A stretch of 64,000 nucleotides of DNA from positions 1 to 64,000 of IMG/VR virus record IMGVR_UViG_3300049893_000773. One strand, written 5' to 3'. This DNA comes from a virus. This document shows positions 35,598-45,730 of this stretch, piece by piece; the stretch's first letter is position 1, and every line of letters begins with the position of its first letter. The notes under the pieces were generated by a model, which had not been told where the DNA came from, made no database searches, and saw only the letters and a list, made by a program, of their open reading frames with translations. The translations under genes were made by a program, and so were the position numbers.

Positions 35598-36857
35598 ATG
35601 GCAACGTTCGCAACCACTCCAAGACCAACTCCGTTTGGGTTCTACGATTCAGATGCGGCATTCCAGCGGGATGCCGATTCCATGGTGACGTACGTCAAGC
35701 GTAAGGTGGGAGAAGACATTCTCTCCACTGAATTGACGAAGAAGGAAATCTGGAACTGCTTCGAAGAAGCCACTTCCAGGTTCAACGCTTGGGTGATTGA
35801 GTATCAGACCAAGAGTAACCTTGCAAGTCTTCTCGGAACTCCTACTGGGTCCTGGGACTCCAATACCAACCAGAACACGATCAACCTGACGAACGTCTAC
35901 GTTGCTCCGAACCTTGAGTTCCTTGATAGGTTGGCCGAGCCCTATGCCAATATCATTGGATTCGGTGCCACACAGAACTCCTTTTCTGGGTCCATTGACA
36001 TGGTGGTTGGTAAGCAGGACTATGACCTCTACACCGACCTCAAGGATGAAGCTGGCAATACCCTTTACAGCATGCTCTCTGGCTCTGGCGGGAAGATGCG
36101 TGTTTTCGAGGTGTTCCACTTTGCTCCGATTCAGTACCTCTTCAACTCCTCCTTCGGCACGAACTTTGGAAACGTGGCAGGTGTTGGAATTCCACTTGGA
36201 GCATTCAACACGGACACGAGGTTCCACATTCTCCCCCTGTACGAGGACGTGCTTCGTTCTGGACAGTTGAAGCTGGCCAGCAAGGTAAGAAGGTCCCACT
36301 ACACCTACAAGATTTCTGGGCGCAATATCCGCTTTTTCCCGGTCCCAAGCTCTGTGATTCCTGGGATCAACAACAAGGTTTGGATTCGCGTCGGATTCCA
36401 AGCTCAGGTGAACGGTGCCTTCATCGACCTTGGCACCAGCGGGTCTATTAGCGGCTCCCAGGGGCTTGCTGGAGCTTCCGGGTTCTCTGGCATGGCTGCT
36501 GGTGCATCCAACCCTGCCAACATCCCATTCGGGCTTGTGAACTACGCCACGCTCAACCACTGGGCGAAGAACTGGATTGCCAGGATGACCTTTGCTCTCT
36601 CTCTGGAGATCATGGGTCGTATTCGTCGTAAGGTGAACCGCATCCCAATCCCAAATGCCGAGGTGGAACTGGACGGTGGGGCTATCGTCACGGAAGCCAG
36701 GGAAGATCAGGCAAAGCTGATTGAGGAACTCAAGGCTCAGCTTGAATCCCTGTCATACGACAAGCTTCAGGAGATGGAAGCAACCAAGGCAGAGAACCTG
36801 ATGAAGCAGCTCTCTTTCCTTCCAATGCCTCCAACGCATGCGATCAAGATGTTCTAG
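35598..36857 (+). CDS. Neck/head-tail adaptor protein (T4 gp13-like)
   Basis: Located after the capsid genes; ELT..EI..CFEEA, GRIRRK...IPIPNAEVELDG; TACTTA at 35579. Confidence 0.7.
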   Translation: MATFATTPRPTPFGFYDSDAAFQRDADSMVTYVKRKVGEDILSTELTKKEIWNCFEEATSRFNAWVIEYQTKSNLASLLGTPTGSWDSNTNQNTINLTNVYVAPNLEFLDRLAEPYANIIGFGATQNSFSGSIDMVVGKQDYDLYTDLKDEAGNTLYSMLSGSGGKMRVFEVFHFAPIQYLFNSSFGTNFGNVAGVGIPLGAFNTDTRFHILPLYEDVLRSGQLKLASKVRRSHYTYKISGRNIRFFPVPSSVIPGINNKVWIRVGFQAQVNGAFIDLGTSGSISGSQGLAGASGFSGMAAGASNPANIPFGLVNYATLNHWAKNWIARMTFALSLEIMGRIRRKVNRIPIPNAEVELDGGAIVTEAREDQAKLIEELKAQLESLSYDKLQEMEATKAENLMKQLSFLPMPPTHAIKMF

Positions 36858-36930
36858 GGGCTGCAAAACATCCCCTCTGAACTGTTTGGAATCAAGGTGA
36901 AGCGAATGATCAGAAATTTCGGAGGCTTGA

Positions 36931-37593
36931 ATGGCACGGCTGTTTATCACACAACGAGAGATCGACTATTTTAACGATATTGCCAAGGAAGTCATCAAGG
37001 ACATCATTGGGCAGGCGATCATCTATTGGCCGGTGTCTACCCTGAAGACCAAGGTTCACCCCGTCTACAATGAGGCTGTGAAGAAAAACTTCGAGAACCC
37101 GATCAAGGTTGATGCCTTGGTTGGTCAGCCTCAATGGGAGACGAAGATGACGCAATTTGGACCTGAGCAGCAAAACACCTTGGAGGTCTTCCTCCAGGCA
37201 AGGGATTTGGCTCAGAAGGGTCTAGAGATTGCGGAGGGTGACTTTTTCACCTATGGTGACAACGCCTACGAAATCGTATCCAGCGTCAACATGAATAACT
37301 ACTTTGGTCAGGTGGAGCACGATGTGGCTTTCAAGGTGATTGGAAAGCTGGCACGTCCTGGGGAGTTCAACCCGCAGAAGTTCTTCAAGCCTGACGCTGA
37401 GACGATCATTCCTACTCCAACCCCTTTCGAGCAACAGAGGGGTATTTCTGAAAACACGGAAGGGCCAACAGGAGATATTCGTGACGTTAAGGAACGTCTT
37501 GGCGACGACCTTCCAGCACCCGCACTTGGAGAAGGGCCAAGGCGAGTGGATGTTGATTCGACCCTGAGAGCAAATAAGCTGTACGATGAATGA
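36931..37593 (+). CDS. Neck/head-closure protein (T4 gp14-like)
   Basis: EVIKDIIGQ..IYW, VYNEA..K.F, EGDFF.YG..YEI; follows the gp13-like gene. Confidence 0.65.
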   Translation: MARLFITQREIDYFNDIAKEVIKDIIGQAIIYWPVSTLKTKVHPVYNEAVKKNFENPIKVDALVGQPQWETKMTQFGPEQQNTLEVFLQARDLAQKGLEIAEGDFFTYGDNAYEIVSSVNMNNYFGQVEHDVAFKVIGKLARPGEFNPQKFFKPDAETIIPTPTPFEQQRGISENTEGPTGDIRDVKERLGDDLPAPALGEGPRRVDVDSTLRANKLYDE

Positions 37594-38284
37594 ACTAAAA
37601 GCCGCCTTTCAGTTTTGGCTCCTTGAGAGTAATGACCTTGAGGAAGCCAAGTTCAATCCCGACGTTTTGGACAAAATGGACGGGCCTGAGTCCATGCTTT
37701 CAGCCGCTCGGGACAGACTTCCAGCACTTGGAGAGGGTTCATCTCGTGCTGCCTTTTTGCTGGACAGCAAGAGGGTGCTCAAGGTTGCCATCAACAACAA
37801 GGGGTTGGCCCAGAACAAGGCCGAGTATGAGCTTTCACAGCATCCTGGGGTGGCTCCTTTGGTGACAAGGATCTTCCGGGTTGGCAAGGACTACTCGTGG
37901 CTCGTTTCCGAACTTGTTCGTCCGCTCAGGACCAACAAGGAGTTTGAGCAGCTTACTCAAGTGCCTTGGAGCTTCTTCATCTCCTTCCTGAGTTTTTACG
38001 AGGGCAATGGAGACATTGGAAAATCCTTCAATCTCGCCGTGAAGTCTCAAATTGATCAGGACAGGCGCAAGAAGAGCCCCTTCCCAGGCATCTCTGTGAG
38101 AGGGATCGAGCACCTTCCATTCATTGGGCGGTTCATGACCGCTCTTGGGAACCGCCCCGATTTGATTCCAGCAGACCTGATGAAGCTGGATCACTGGGGG
38201 AAGACACCGGATCAGCGTGTGGTCCTGTTGGATTCTGGCTATACCGAAGAAGTGTGGTCCTCGCACTATTCGGATGAGTCATAA
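37586..38284 (+). CDS. Protein-kinase-like protein 1
   Basis: LGEGSSRAAF (Gly loop), VLKVA, QNKAE, DLMKLDHWG, VVLLDSG. Confidence 0.65.
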   Translation: MNELKAAFQFWLLESNDLEEAKFNPDVLDKMDGPESMLSAARDRLPALGEGSSRAAFLLDSKRVLKVAINNKGLAQNKAEYELSQHPGVAPLVTRIFRVGKDYSWLVSELVRPLRTNKEFEQLTQVPWSFFISFLSFYEGNGDIGKSFNLAVKSQIDQDRRKKSPFPGISVRGIEHLPFIGRFMTALGNRPDLIPADLMKLDHWGKTPDQRVVLLDSGYTEEVWSSHYSDES

Positions 38285-38292
38285 TTACCAAT

Positions 38293-39504
38293 ATGGCCGG
38301 GAAAAACTCCACACGCTGGAATATCGAGCGAGATCCAAGGAATCCAGTAGATCACCTTCCCACTGGATATGAGGGATCAAGCCCAACAGACTACACCATC
38401 CCGTCCTGTGACATTGAGGATGTGGATGTGGCTGTCCATACCCTTTTTGACCAAGAAATTGGATTCAAGGCTCAGGGTATCAGCGACGGAGAGGAAACTG
38501 TTGATCAGCTTTCGAAGCCAATTGTGATCCTGGCCGCAGGTGAAAGGTTTGCTCTTGTCAAGAAGTTGCGTCCACCAAGAGACAAGCAAAAGCAACTCCT
38601 TCTCCCAGCAATTGCCATTCGCCGCAAGTCAATCACCCAAACAGCCGACGACTTGGTTTCCAGGGGAATGAACCAGTTCACCGGAGACTTGGTGATCAAG
38701 CGCAGGCTTGCTTCTGAGGACAGGGACTACCAGAACCTTATCAACAAACTTGCACTGCAAGACTTGAACCCAAACGGAGTAACTTCCACCAGGGATCAGG
38801 GAGCAAACAGGGCTACTGTTGATGATGAGATTCGAGATGGAGCCTTCTTGGACCCAAAGCTGGGGGACAACGTGTGGGAGGTCATCACCATCCCACAACC
38901 ACAGTTCTACACGGCCACCTACGAGGTGACATTCTGGTCTACCCATTCGGTTCACATGAACTACATGGTGACAACCCTTTTGGCCGCTCAACTCCCCCAG
39001 GGTAAGAACTTTCGACTGAACACCCCAAAGGGATATTGGTTTCTGGCCGAGATATCCGACGAATTGAGTTCAGCCGACAATTTTGAGGAGTACAGCGAGG
39101 ACAAACGTGTGATCCGGTACACCTTCCAGTTGACGGTGAAAGCATTCCTTTTGGCCCCCAACGGCCCTGGAATGCCTGTTCCCGTTCGAAGGCACATCTC
39201 TGCCGTGGAAATCTCCTTTGAGACAGTCCTGGCCACAGGAAGCGTCCAGGCTCCTAACGGACCAAATCTCCCAAGTGAGCAGTACGCCTTGGCTGACATT
39301 GGAGAAAGAGTGGAAACGGCACAGACCCCCACCTCCGATCAAAGATTGGTGGTCGAGAAAACGGTGGTCAACCCATTTACCGGAAAAACCTCTGTTAAGA
39401 GGGCTGTGATCATGGGGCAAAACCAAAAGCAGGGTGAAACAGTGTACAGCGCAACTGGCTTTGAGAGCTTGGACGAGTTCATTGAAGCATTGCGCGGCAA
39501 ATGA
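38293..39504 (+). CDS. Tail terminator/sheath-stabiliser-like protein (gp15-like)
   Basis: IEDVD.AV, GERF, LPAIAIRR, PQP.FY..TYEVTFW; directly upstream of the sheath genes. Confidence 0.6.
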   Translation: MAGKNSTRWNIERDPRNPVDHLPTGYEGSSPTDYTIPSCDIEDVDVAVHTLFDQEIGFKAQGISDGEETVDQLSKPIVILAAGERFALVKKLRPPRDKQKQLLLPAIAIRRKSITQTADDLVSRGMNQFTGDLVIKRRLASEDRDYQNLINKLALQDLNPNGVTSTRDQGANRATVDDEIRDGAFLDPKLGDNVWEVITIPQPQFYTATYEVTFWSTHSVHMNYMVTTLLAAQLPQGKNFRLNTPKGYWFLAEISDELSSADNFEEYSEDKRVIRYTFQLTVKAFLLAPNGPGMPVPVRRHISAVEISFETVLATGSVQAPNGPNLPSEQYALADIGERVETAQTPTSDQRLVVEKTVVNPFTGKTSVKRAVIMGQNQKQGETVYSATGFESLDEFIEALRGK

Positions 39505-39605
39505 AGCCAGACTCCAAGTCGGAATCGTGGATATTGGACCCTAATTATCGAAGACAATCTGAACTGATTGCTGCGTTCCGTGGCAGAAGTTAGACGAGGG
39601 ACATA

Positions 39606-42600
39606 ATGAGCGACCAAATTTTCAAGAGCCCAGGGTTCTACGACCGTGAAATCGACCTCTCTGCCAGGACGGTTGAGCCTTCTGGTATTCCGGCTGCAAT
39701 CGTTGGTACTTCGCAAAAGGGACCAGCTTTCGTGCCTGTCACGATTGGTTCTTTCGCTGACTTCCAGAGCAAGTTTGGCGACGTAGACCCAAAGTTTCCG
39801 GCTCCATATGCAGTGCAGAAGTGGCTTGACAACCGCAACTCGGCAACTTTCATTCGAGTTCTGGGTGGTGGAGCCAACTCCACCCAGACGGATCTTGACA
39901 ACACCAGGACCAAGGGTATCGTCAAGAACGCTGGTTTCTCGATCAGTGGTTCGTCGGTGGGTGCTGGAGACCTTCGCTACAAGGGTTCGACGCAATTCAT
40001 CGTTGCCAAGCACGTTGTGACGGGAACGGAAGTCTACGGCCTTCCAATGTTCTCGGACAACTCGTCCTTCTTCACGACTGGTTCATCTACGGACGTGTAC
40101 TTGGTTCGTGGAATGATCTTCACTGCCTACGATACCCGTGTGATGGTGATGTCTGCCTCGGATACCTTCTCTGGGGCTCTGGACGACTTTGCAACGCTCG
40201 ACTCGGCCTCGACCAGCGTGACCTACAAGAAGTTCAAGCTTGTCCTCTCCTCGTCCTCTGGATCGTCTTTCGGAAACACTGACGGGTACGCTGGCGTCAG
40301 GATCATGACGGCTTCGCTGAACCCATCGAGCCCTGACTACATCGCCAAGATCCTGAACACGGACCCTGAGAAGTTCGAGACGGAGCGTCACGTCCTCTAC
40401 TGCGACTTTGCAGTGGATGATGAGATCGCTACTGTTTCGTCGGCCTCGAACTGCGTCGGTGTGGTTTCTGGCTCCTCGAACACCTCGGCAAACTCCGGTG
40501 ACACCTCCTTGACGCTCAGGGATGCCTTCGGACGTTTCGACACGAGGTTCACGACTCCAAAGACGCCTTGGTTCATCTCGCAGCCATTCAGCGCCACGGA
40601 GCACAACCTCTTCTACTTCGAATCCCTGGACGATGGTGCCTACGCCAACAACAAGTTCAAGATTTCGATCGCTGGTCTGAGAGCATCTTCCGATCCGAAG
40701 TACCTCTTCGGAACGTTCACGGTTGTTGTGCGCGACTTCAACGATTCGGACGTGGAGCCAAGGGTGTTGGAGCAGTTCAACAACGTTTCGCTCGACCCAA
40801 CCGCAGACAACTACATTGCCAAGGTGATTGGTGATGTCAAGGTGGCCTACTCCTTCGACACCCTTGATCCAGACGACCGTCGTTTGAACAAGGAAGGTCA
40901 GAGCCCAAACCGTTCCAAGTTGATCCGCGTGGTTGTTTCCGATCAGGTGACAAGAGGCACGATTCCAGCCAATGCTCTGCCATTCGGCTTCCGTGGATTC
41001 GAGTTCCTGAACACCTCCCACACCGGAAACGACGGCTTGCCAGTTGGTGGTATCTCTGGCTCCTTCATTCGCCTTGCTGCTTCTGGCACAACGGATCACC
41101 GTCTTCTCTCTGCAATGATTCCTCCACTCCCATACCGCTTCAAGGTTACGAGGGGTGAGGTTTCGTCCTCTGCTGGCTTTGAGGGACAACCTGGAGCCAA
41201 CGAGGTTGTGGACTCCCGCTACTACTGGGGTGTCAAGACGGAGCGTAACGTCAACGTCCTGAACCCAAACATCTCGAACGAGCCAAACGCCTTGGTTGCG
41301 GCTCTGACGAAGTTCCACGGTATCAGCAAGTTGGATGTCCTTGTGACGGGTTCGAAGACGGACACGTACAACGACAACAAGTTCACCCTGGCCCGCGTAT
41401 GCCTTTCCAACATCACTCTTGCCGACGTTACGGCTTCGGCAGAGACTCACATGAAGGAAGCAGCTTACATCCGTAACGGAACGGTTGATCCATCGGATTA
41501 CTCCGTAACGGATACCAACGGTGCTCGTGTGACCTTCGCAACCCTCCTGATGAAGGGTTCCACGGCTGCGGTGTTCAACCAGTTCTCGGATTATGCCAAA
41601 TTCACGACAGTGATGGCAGGCGGATTCGACGGCGTGAACATCCTTGACAAGAATGCCGCTCGTTTGAACGACAAGGCCACCTCGACAGAGAGTGGCGGTG
41701 GAGCAAACAGCAGCTACACGTCCCCAGGATTCTCCACGAACCTCAACGGTTCTGGAAAGAACAACGCCTCGATCTTCTCGTACCAAACGGCAGTGAAGAT
41801 CATCACGGACCCATTGGTTTCGCAGCACAACCTCCTGGCAATCCCAGGAATTCGTGATCCATTCGTCACTGACGATGCAGCCACGAAGACAGCGGAACAC
41901 ACCTTGTCCATGTACCTCATGGACATTCCTTACTACGACTACAACGGAACTCGCATCTTCGATGGAGATACGAGCCGTTACACAGATTCCGACGAAACGA
42001 AGGATGTTTTCGATGCTCGTGCAATCGACAACGACGCAGCAACAACGTACTTCCCTAACTCGGTAATCGACGACCCAACAAATGGCCGCAAGGTCACCAT
42101 CCCAGCTTCCGCAGTTGGTTTGGCTGCAATCGGTTACAACGACAGGGTGGCATACCCATGGTTTGCTCCTGCCGGGTTCAACCGTGCGGCTCTTGGCTTC
42201 GTCAACCTGACATCGACGAGGCTCAACCAGCCAGAGCGCGACAACCTGATTGCTGCTCGCATCAACCCAATCGTGAAGTTCCCACGTGAGGGTTATGTGA
42301 TTATGGGTCAAATGACGCTGAAGCAGGGTAAGAGCTCTTTGACCTCGATGAATGTCAAGAGAATGGTGCTCGACGCCAAGCGTTCGATTGTTGAAATCGG
42401 AAACAGGTTGATGTTCGACAACATCACCCAATCGCTCCGCGACGAGGTTGTGAAGCAATATACCGCCGTTCTTTCCAGCATTCAGTCTAAGGGCGGACTC
42501 GATGCGTTTGTTGTGATCTGTGACAACAGCAACAACACCCAAGTCGATATCGACTCCAACCAGATGAATGTTCAAATTCGTTTGCTTCCAACGCTTTCGG

Positions 42601-42656
42601 TGGAATTCATCGCAATTGACTTCATCATCACACAGAGCGGCGTTCAGTTCGTCTGA
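39606..42656 (+). CDS. Tail sheath protein 1
   Basis: FKSPGFYDREID, KGPAFVPV, PWFAPAGFNR, INPIVKFP, EFIAIDF. Confidence 0.92.
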   Translation: MSDQIFKSPGFYDREIDLSARTVEPSGIPAAIVGTSQKGPAFVPVTIGSFADFQSKFGDVDPKFPAPYAVQKWLDNRNSATFIRVLGGGANSTQTDLDNTRTKGIVKNAGFSISGSSVGAGDLRYKGSTQFIVAKHVVTGTEVYGLPMFSDNSSFFTTGSSTDVYLVRGMIFTAYDTRVMVMSASDTFSGALDDFATLDSASTSVTYKKFKLVLSSSSGSSFGNTDGYAGVRIMTASLNPSSPDYIAKILNTDPEKFETERHVLYCDFAVDDEIATVSSASNCVGVVSGSSNTSANSGDTSLTLRDAFGRFDTRFTTPKTPWFISQPFSATEHNLFYFESLDDGAYANNKFKISIAGLRASSDPKYLFGTFTVVVRDFNDSDVEPRVLEQFNNVSLDPTADNYIAKVIGDVKVAYSFDTLDPDDRRLNKEGQSPNRSKLIRVVVSDQVTRGTIPANALPFGFRGFEFLNTSHTGNDGLPVGGISGSFIRLAASGTTDHRLLSAMIPPLPYRFKVTRGEVSSSAGFEGQPGANEVVDSRYYWGVKTERNVNVLNPNISNEPNALVAALTKFHGISKLDVLVTGSKTDTYNDNKFTLARVCLSNITLADVTASAETHMKEAAYIRNGTVDPSDYSVTDTNGARVTFATLLMKGSTAAVFNQFSDYAKFTTVMAGGFDGVNILDKNAARLNDKATSTESGGGANSSYTSPGFSTNLNGSGKNNASIFSYQTAVKIITDPLVSQHNLLAIPGIRDPFVTDDAATKTAEHTLSMYLMDIPYYDYNGTRIFDGDTSRYTDSDETKDVFDARAIDNDAATTYFPNSVIDDPTNGRKVTIPASAVGLAAIGYNDRVAYPWFAPAGFNRAALGFVNLTSTRLNQPERDNLIAARINPIVKFPREGYVIMGQMTLKQGKSSLTSMNVKRMVLDAKRSIVEIGNRLMFDNITQSLRDEVVKQYTAVLSSIQSKGGLDAFVVICDNSNNTQVDIDSNQMNVQIRLLPTLSVEFIAIDFIITQSGVQFV

Positions 42657-42724
42657 TAAAACAGGGGAACCTGAACAGCCCGTACTGGCATACTTACCGA
42701 ATAGCTGTCTAAGGGAAAAGCATC

Positions 42725-45724
42725 ATGGCACAAGGATTTAAGAGCGCTGGCGTAACAACCCGAGAAATCGACCTGACGGGACCAACGGCCAATGAGCCAG
42801 TTGGAATTCCTGCTGGAGTGATTGCTCCTGCTTCGAAGGGACCTGCCTTTGTGCCAGTGACCCTCCCTGGGATGAAAGACTTCGTTGTTCGCTTCGGCGC
42901 ACCAACAACGACTTTCCGAAACGGTCCTCTGGCCGCAAATGAGTGGCTCAGGAACTCGCAGGCAATCACCTACATGAGGGTTCTCGGTGCTGGTGATGGT
43001 CAAAAGAGGACTTCTTCTGGTGATAACGCCGGAAAGGTGACCAGCGCAGGATTCGTGGTTGGTGATCAACAGCCACAAGCAACGCTTTCTGGAAACCTGG
43101 GAAGCAATGCCTATGCCAACACAACGGGCCCTCTTGGAAGGACATACTTCCTGGGAGCCTTCATGTCGCAGTCTTCTGGCTCGGCAGTCTTCACGGACGC
43201 CGGTCTCTCTGCCCAGGGCATTCCATTGATCCGAGGCGTGCTCATGGCTGCTTCGGGTGTGGTGTTGACCCTTTCCAGCTCCTACAACACGACTTCGACG
43301 GCTCCATCGACGACTGCTGCTGCAACGGCAGCAAATATCAGGGGAGCAATCTCTGGTGCTGTGAACCTTGGTTCCAGCAAGCAGGAATTCGTGATGTTCC
43401 TGAATGGTCACAAGGCAACGGACTCTGCTTACAGCAATGTGATCACGGCTTCGTTTGATCCTTCGGCTCCAAACTACTTCGGCAAAATCTTCAACAAGGA
43501 CCCACTCCTCCTTGAGCGTGCCGGGTACGTCCTTTACAGCCAGTACGACATCCACCCAGCGATTGCCGTGGTAACGGGCTCTGGCATCGTTGTAGCAGCC
43601 TCGGGAGCCGCCGCAAGCAACGGTTACCGTGAGCGTTGCGCCTTCCTCCTGACGGGTTCTCAGACGAGAAACAGCGGTACGACAACGGCACCAAACTTCG
43701 AAGGATTCGAGGACCGTTTCGCAACTGCTCGCTCGCCTTGGGTGATCTCGCAGAGATTCGGTGGTACTCCAGTCAACCTCTTCCAGGTTTGGGCTTCGGG
43801 TGACGGTGAGGAGCCAAACTCCAAGCTGAAGATTTCCATCGAAAACATCCAGCCATCGAACTCCGACACAACTCAGTTCGGAACGTTCGACCTGCTTGTC
43901 CGCGACATGAATGACTCGGACAACAACAAGGTTGTTCTTGAGGCATGGAGGGCTTTGAGCCTGGATCGTGATAATCCAAGGTTCATTGGCAAGATCATTG
44001 GAGACAACAGGGTCTTCTACAACTTCGACGCCACCCTTGGCAAGCAAAAACTGATTACGACGGGCGATTACCCAGTTCGTTCGAAGTACATCCGTGTGCA
44101 GATTGCTGACGACGTGATCAACGGTGAGACCCCAGAGACGGCCCTGCCAATGGGCTTCCGTGGATACCCTCACCTTGTGACCTCGGGAACGGCTCCAATG
44201 CCAGCCTTCTCGGACTCGACGGGTTACAGCGTCACCAACCCATTCTACAGGATGGTGCAGCCGCCTGTGCCATTCCGCTTGGTTTTGACCAGGGGAACAA
44301 GCTCGACCCAAACCTCGGACAAGAACCTCTACTGGGGTGTTCAGTTCGAGCGTCAGGAGTCGGCAACCGATCCAAACTCCAGCTACGTGGCCAACGACTC
44401 GATCAAGTCCTACGCCAAGTATTTCCCAACCTACCAGACCGTCTGGCAGAACGTTCTGGTTTCGGCAAACCAGGGTACGGCTGATACGGCAGAGAATGGC
44501 ATCCTGGATGCAGATAGGTTCAACAACAACCTGTTCACCCTGGAGAACCTGACTGTCCCATACGTGTCTGCAAGTGGAATCGCTGACGGAACAAAGCCGG
44601 AAAACTGGACCTACACCCGTGCAGGCGGAATCACCACAAACACCACTGCCTTGACCAAGGCTCTCACGGTGTCGGATCTCTTGGACCCAGGCGCTCGTTC
44701 CCTGGCCAAGTTCTCCTTCACCCTTCAGGGTGGGTTCGATGGTGTTCGCATCTTCGATGCCGACATGGCTCAGCTTACGAACAAGGCCATTGCCGAGGAA
44801 ATGACCTACACGGGTCGTGGTTTGTCTTCGGGTCCAACGGTTTCCGCCTACAACAAGGCTCTGACGATCATGCAGGACACCACGGAAGTTGACATTCAAC
44901 TCCTGGCAATGCCTGGAATTCGCCACCGTTACCTGACTGACACGGCAATCCGTGCAACTGAAGAGCGTTTCGACGCTTTGTATGTCATGGATATCGAGGA
45001 GAAGGATACGGATAGCCTCTTGGTTTCCGGTTCCACTCAGCGTATCAGCGTGAACAACACGATCTCGTACTTCTCGGGACGTGGACTCAACAGTTCGTTT
45101 GCCGCTGCTTACTTCCCAGACCTCTCGATCAGGGATGGATACAACCGCGACACGGTTCGTGTTCCACCTTCGGTTGGTGTTCTTGGAGCTTTCAGCAAGA
45201 ACGACGCTGTTGGTTACCCATGGACTGCACCAGCAGGATTCACCCGTGGAGCCCTGGAGAGCTCGGCAGAGCCAATCGTTCGCCTCTCCAAGGCAAACAT
45301 GGATGCCCTGGCCGCTGTCAACATCAACCCAATCGTGTCCTTCCCAGGAAGCACTGGTCCGGTTGTGTGGGGCCAGAGGACGGTCCTTGCTCGTCAAAGC
45401 TCCCTGGATAGGGTGAATGTCCGTAGATTGCTCATCGCGATCCGTCGTGAGGTGCGTAAGGTGGCTAACAAGATGCTCTTCGAGCAATCGCGTGAGGCAA
45501 CTCTTGCACGCTTCAACCAGCAAGTCAACCCAATCCTCAAGAAGGTGCAGGATCAAAAGGGAGTTGATGGCTTCAAGGTGGCAATCGACACCACAACCAC
45601 AACCCAGGCTGACCTTGAGAACAAGACGCTCAGGGGCAAAATCTGGATCATTCCTACGAAGACCCTTGAAGCACTCTCGGTTGACTTCGTAATTACCAAC
45701 CGTGGAACCTTCTCCCAGGGATGA
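42725..45724 (+). CDS. Tail sheath protein 2
   Basis: FKSAGVTTREID, KGPAFVPV, PWTAPAGFTRG, INPI, WGQRT, LDRVNVRRLL. Confidence 0.92.
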   Translation: MAQGFKSAGVTTREIDLTGPTANEPVGIPAGVIAPASKGPAFVPVTLPGMKDFVVRFGAPTTTFRNGPLAANEWLRNSQAITYMRVLGAGDGQKRTSSGDNAGKVTSAGFVVGDQQPQATLSGNLGSNAYANTTGPLGRTYFLGAFMSQSSGSAVFTDAGLSAQGIPLIRGVLMAASGVVLTLSSSYNTTSTAPSTTAAATAANIRGAISGAVNLGSSKQEFVMFLNGHKATDSAYSNVITASFDPSAPNYFGKIFNKDPLLLERAGYVLYSQYDIHPAIAVVTGSGIVVAASGAAASNGYRERCAFLLTGSQTRNSGTTTAPNFEGFEDRFATARSPWVISQRFGGTPVNLFQVWASGDGEEPNSKLKISIENIQPSNSDTTQFGTFDLLVRDMNDSDNNKVVLEAWRALSLDRDNPRFIGKIIGDNRVFYNFDATLGKQKLITTGDYPVRSKYIRVQIADDVINGETPETALPMGFRGYPHLVTSGTAPMPAFSDSTGYSVTNPFYRMVQPPVPFRLVLTRGTSSTQTSDKNLYWGVQFERQESATDPNSSYVANDSIKSYAKYFPTYQTVWQNVLVSANQGTADTAENGILDADRFNNNLFTLENLTVPYVSASGIADGTKPENWTYTRAGGITTNTTALTKALTVSDLLDPGARSLAKFSFTLQGGFDGVRIFDADMAQLTNKAIAEEMTYTGRGLSSGPTVSAYNKALTIMQDTTEVDIQLLAMPGIRHRYLTDTAIRATEERFDALYVMDIEEKDTDSLLVSGSTQRISVNNTISYFSGRGLNSSFAAAYFPDLSIRDGYNRDTVRVPPSVGVLGAFSKNDAVGYPWTAPAGFTRGALESSAEPIVRLSKANMDALAAVNINPIVSFPGSTGPVVWGQRTVLARQSSLDRVNVRRLLIAIRREVRKVANKMLFEQSREATLARFNQQVNPILKKVQDQKGVDGFKVAIDTTTTTQADLENKTLRGKIWIIPTKTLEALSVDFVITNRGTFSQG

Positions 45725-45730
45725 TGAGAA

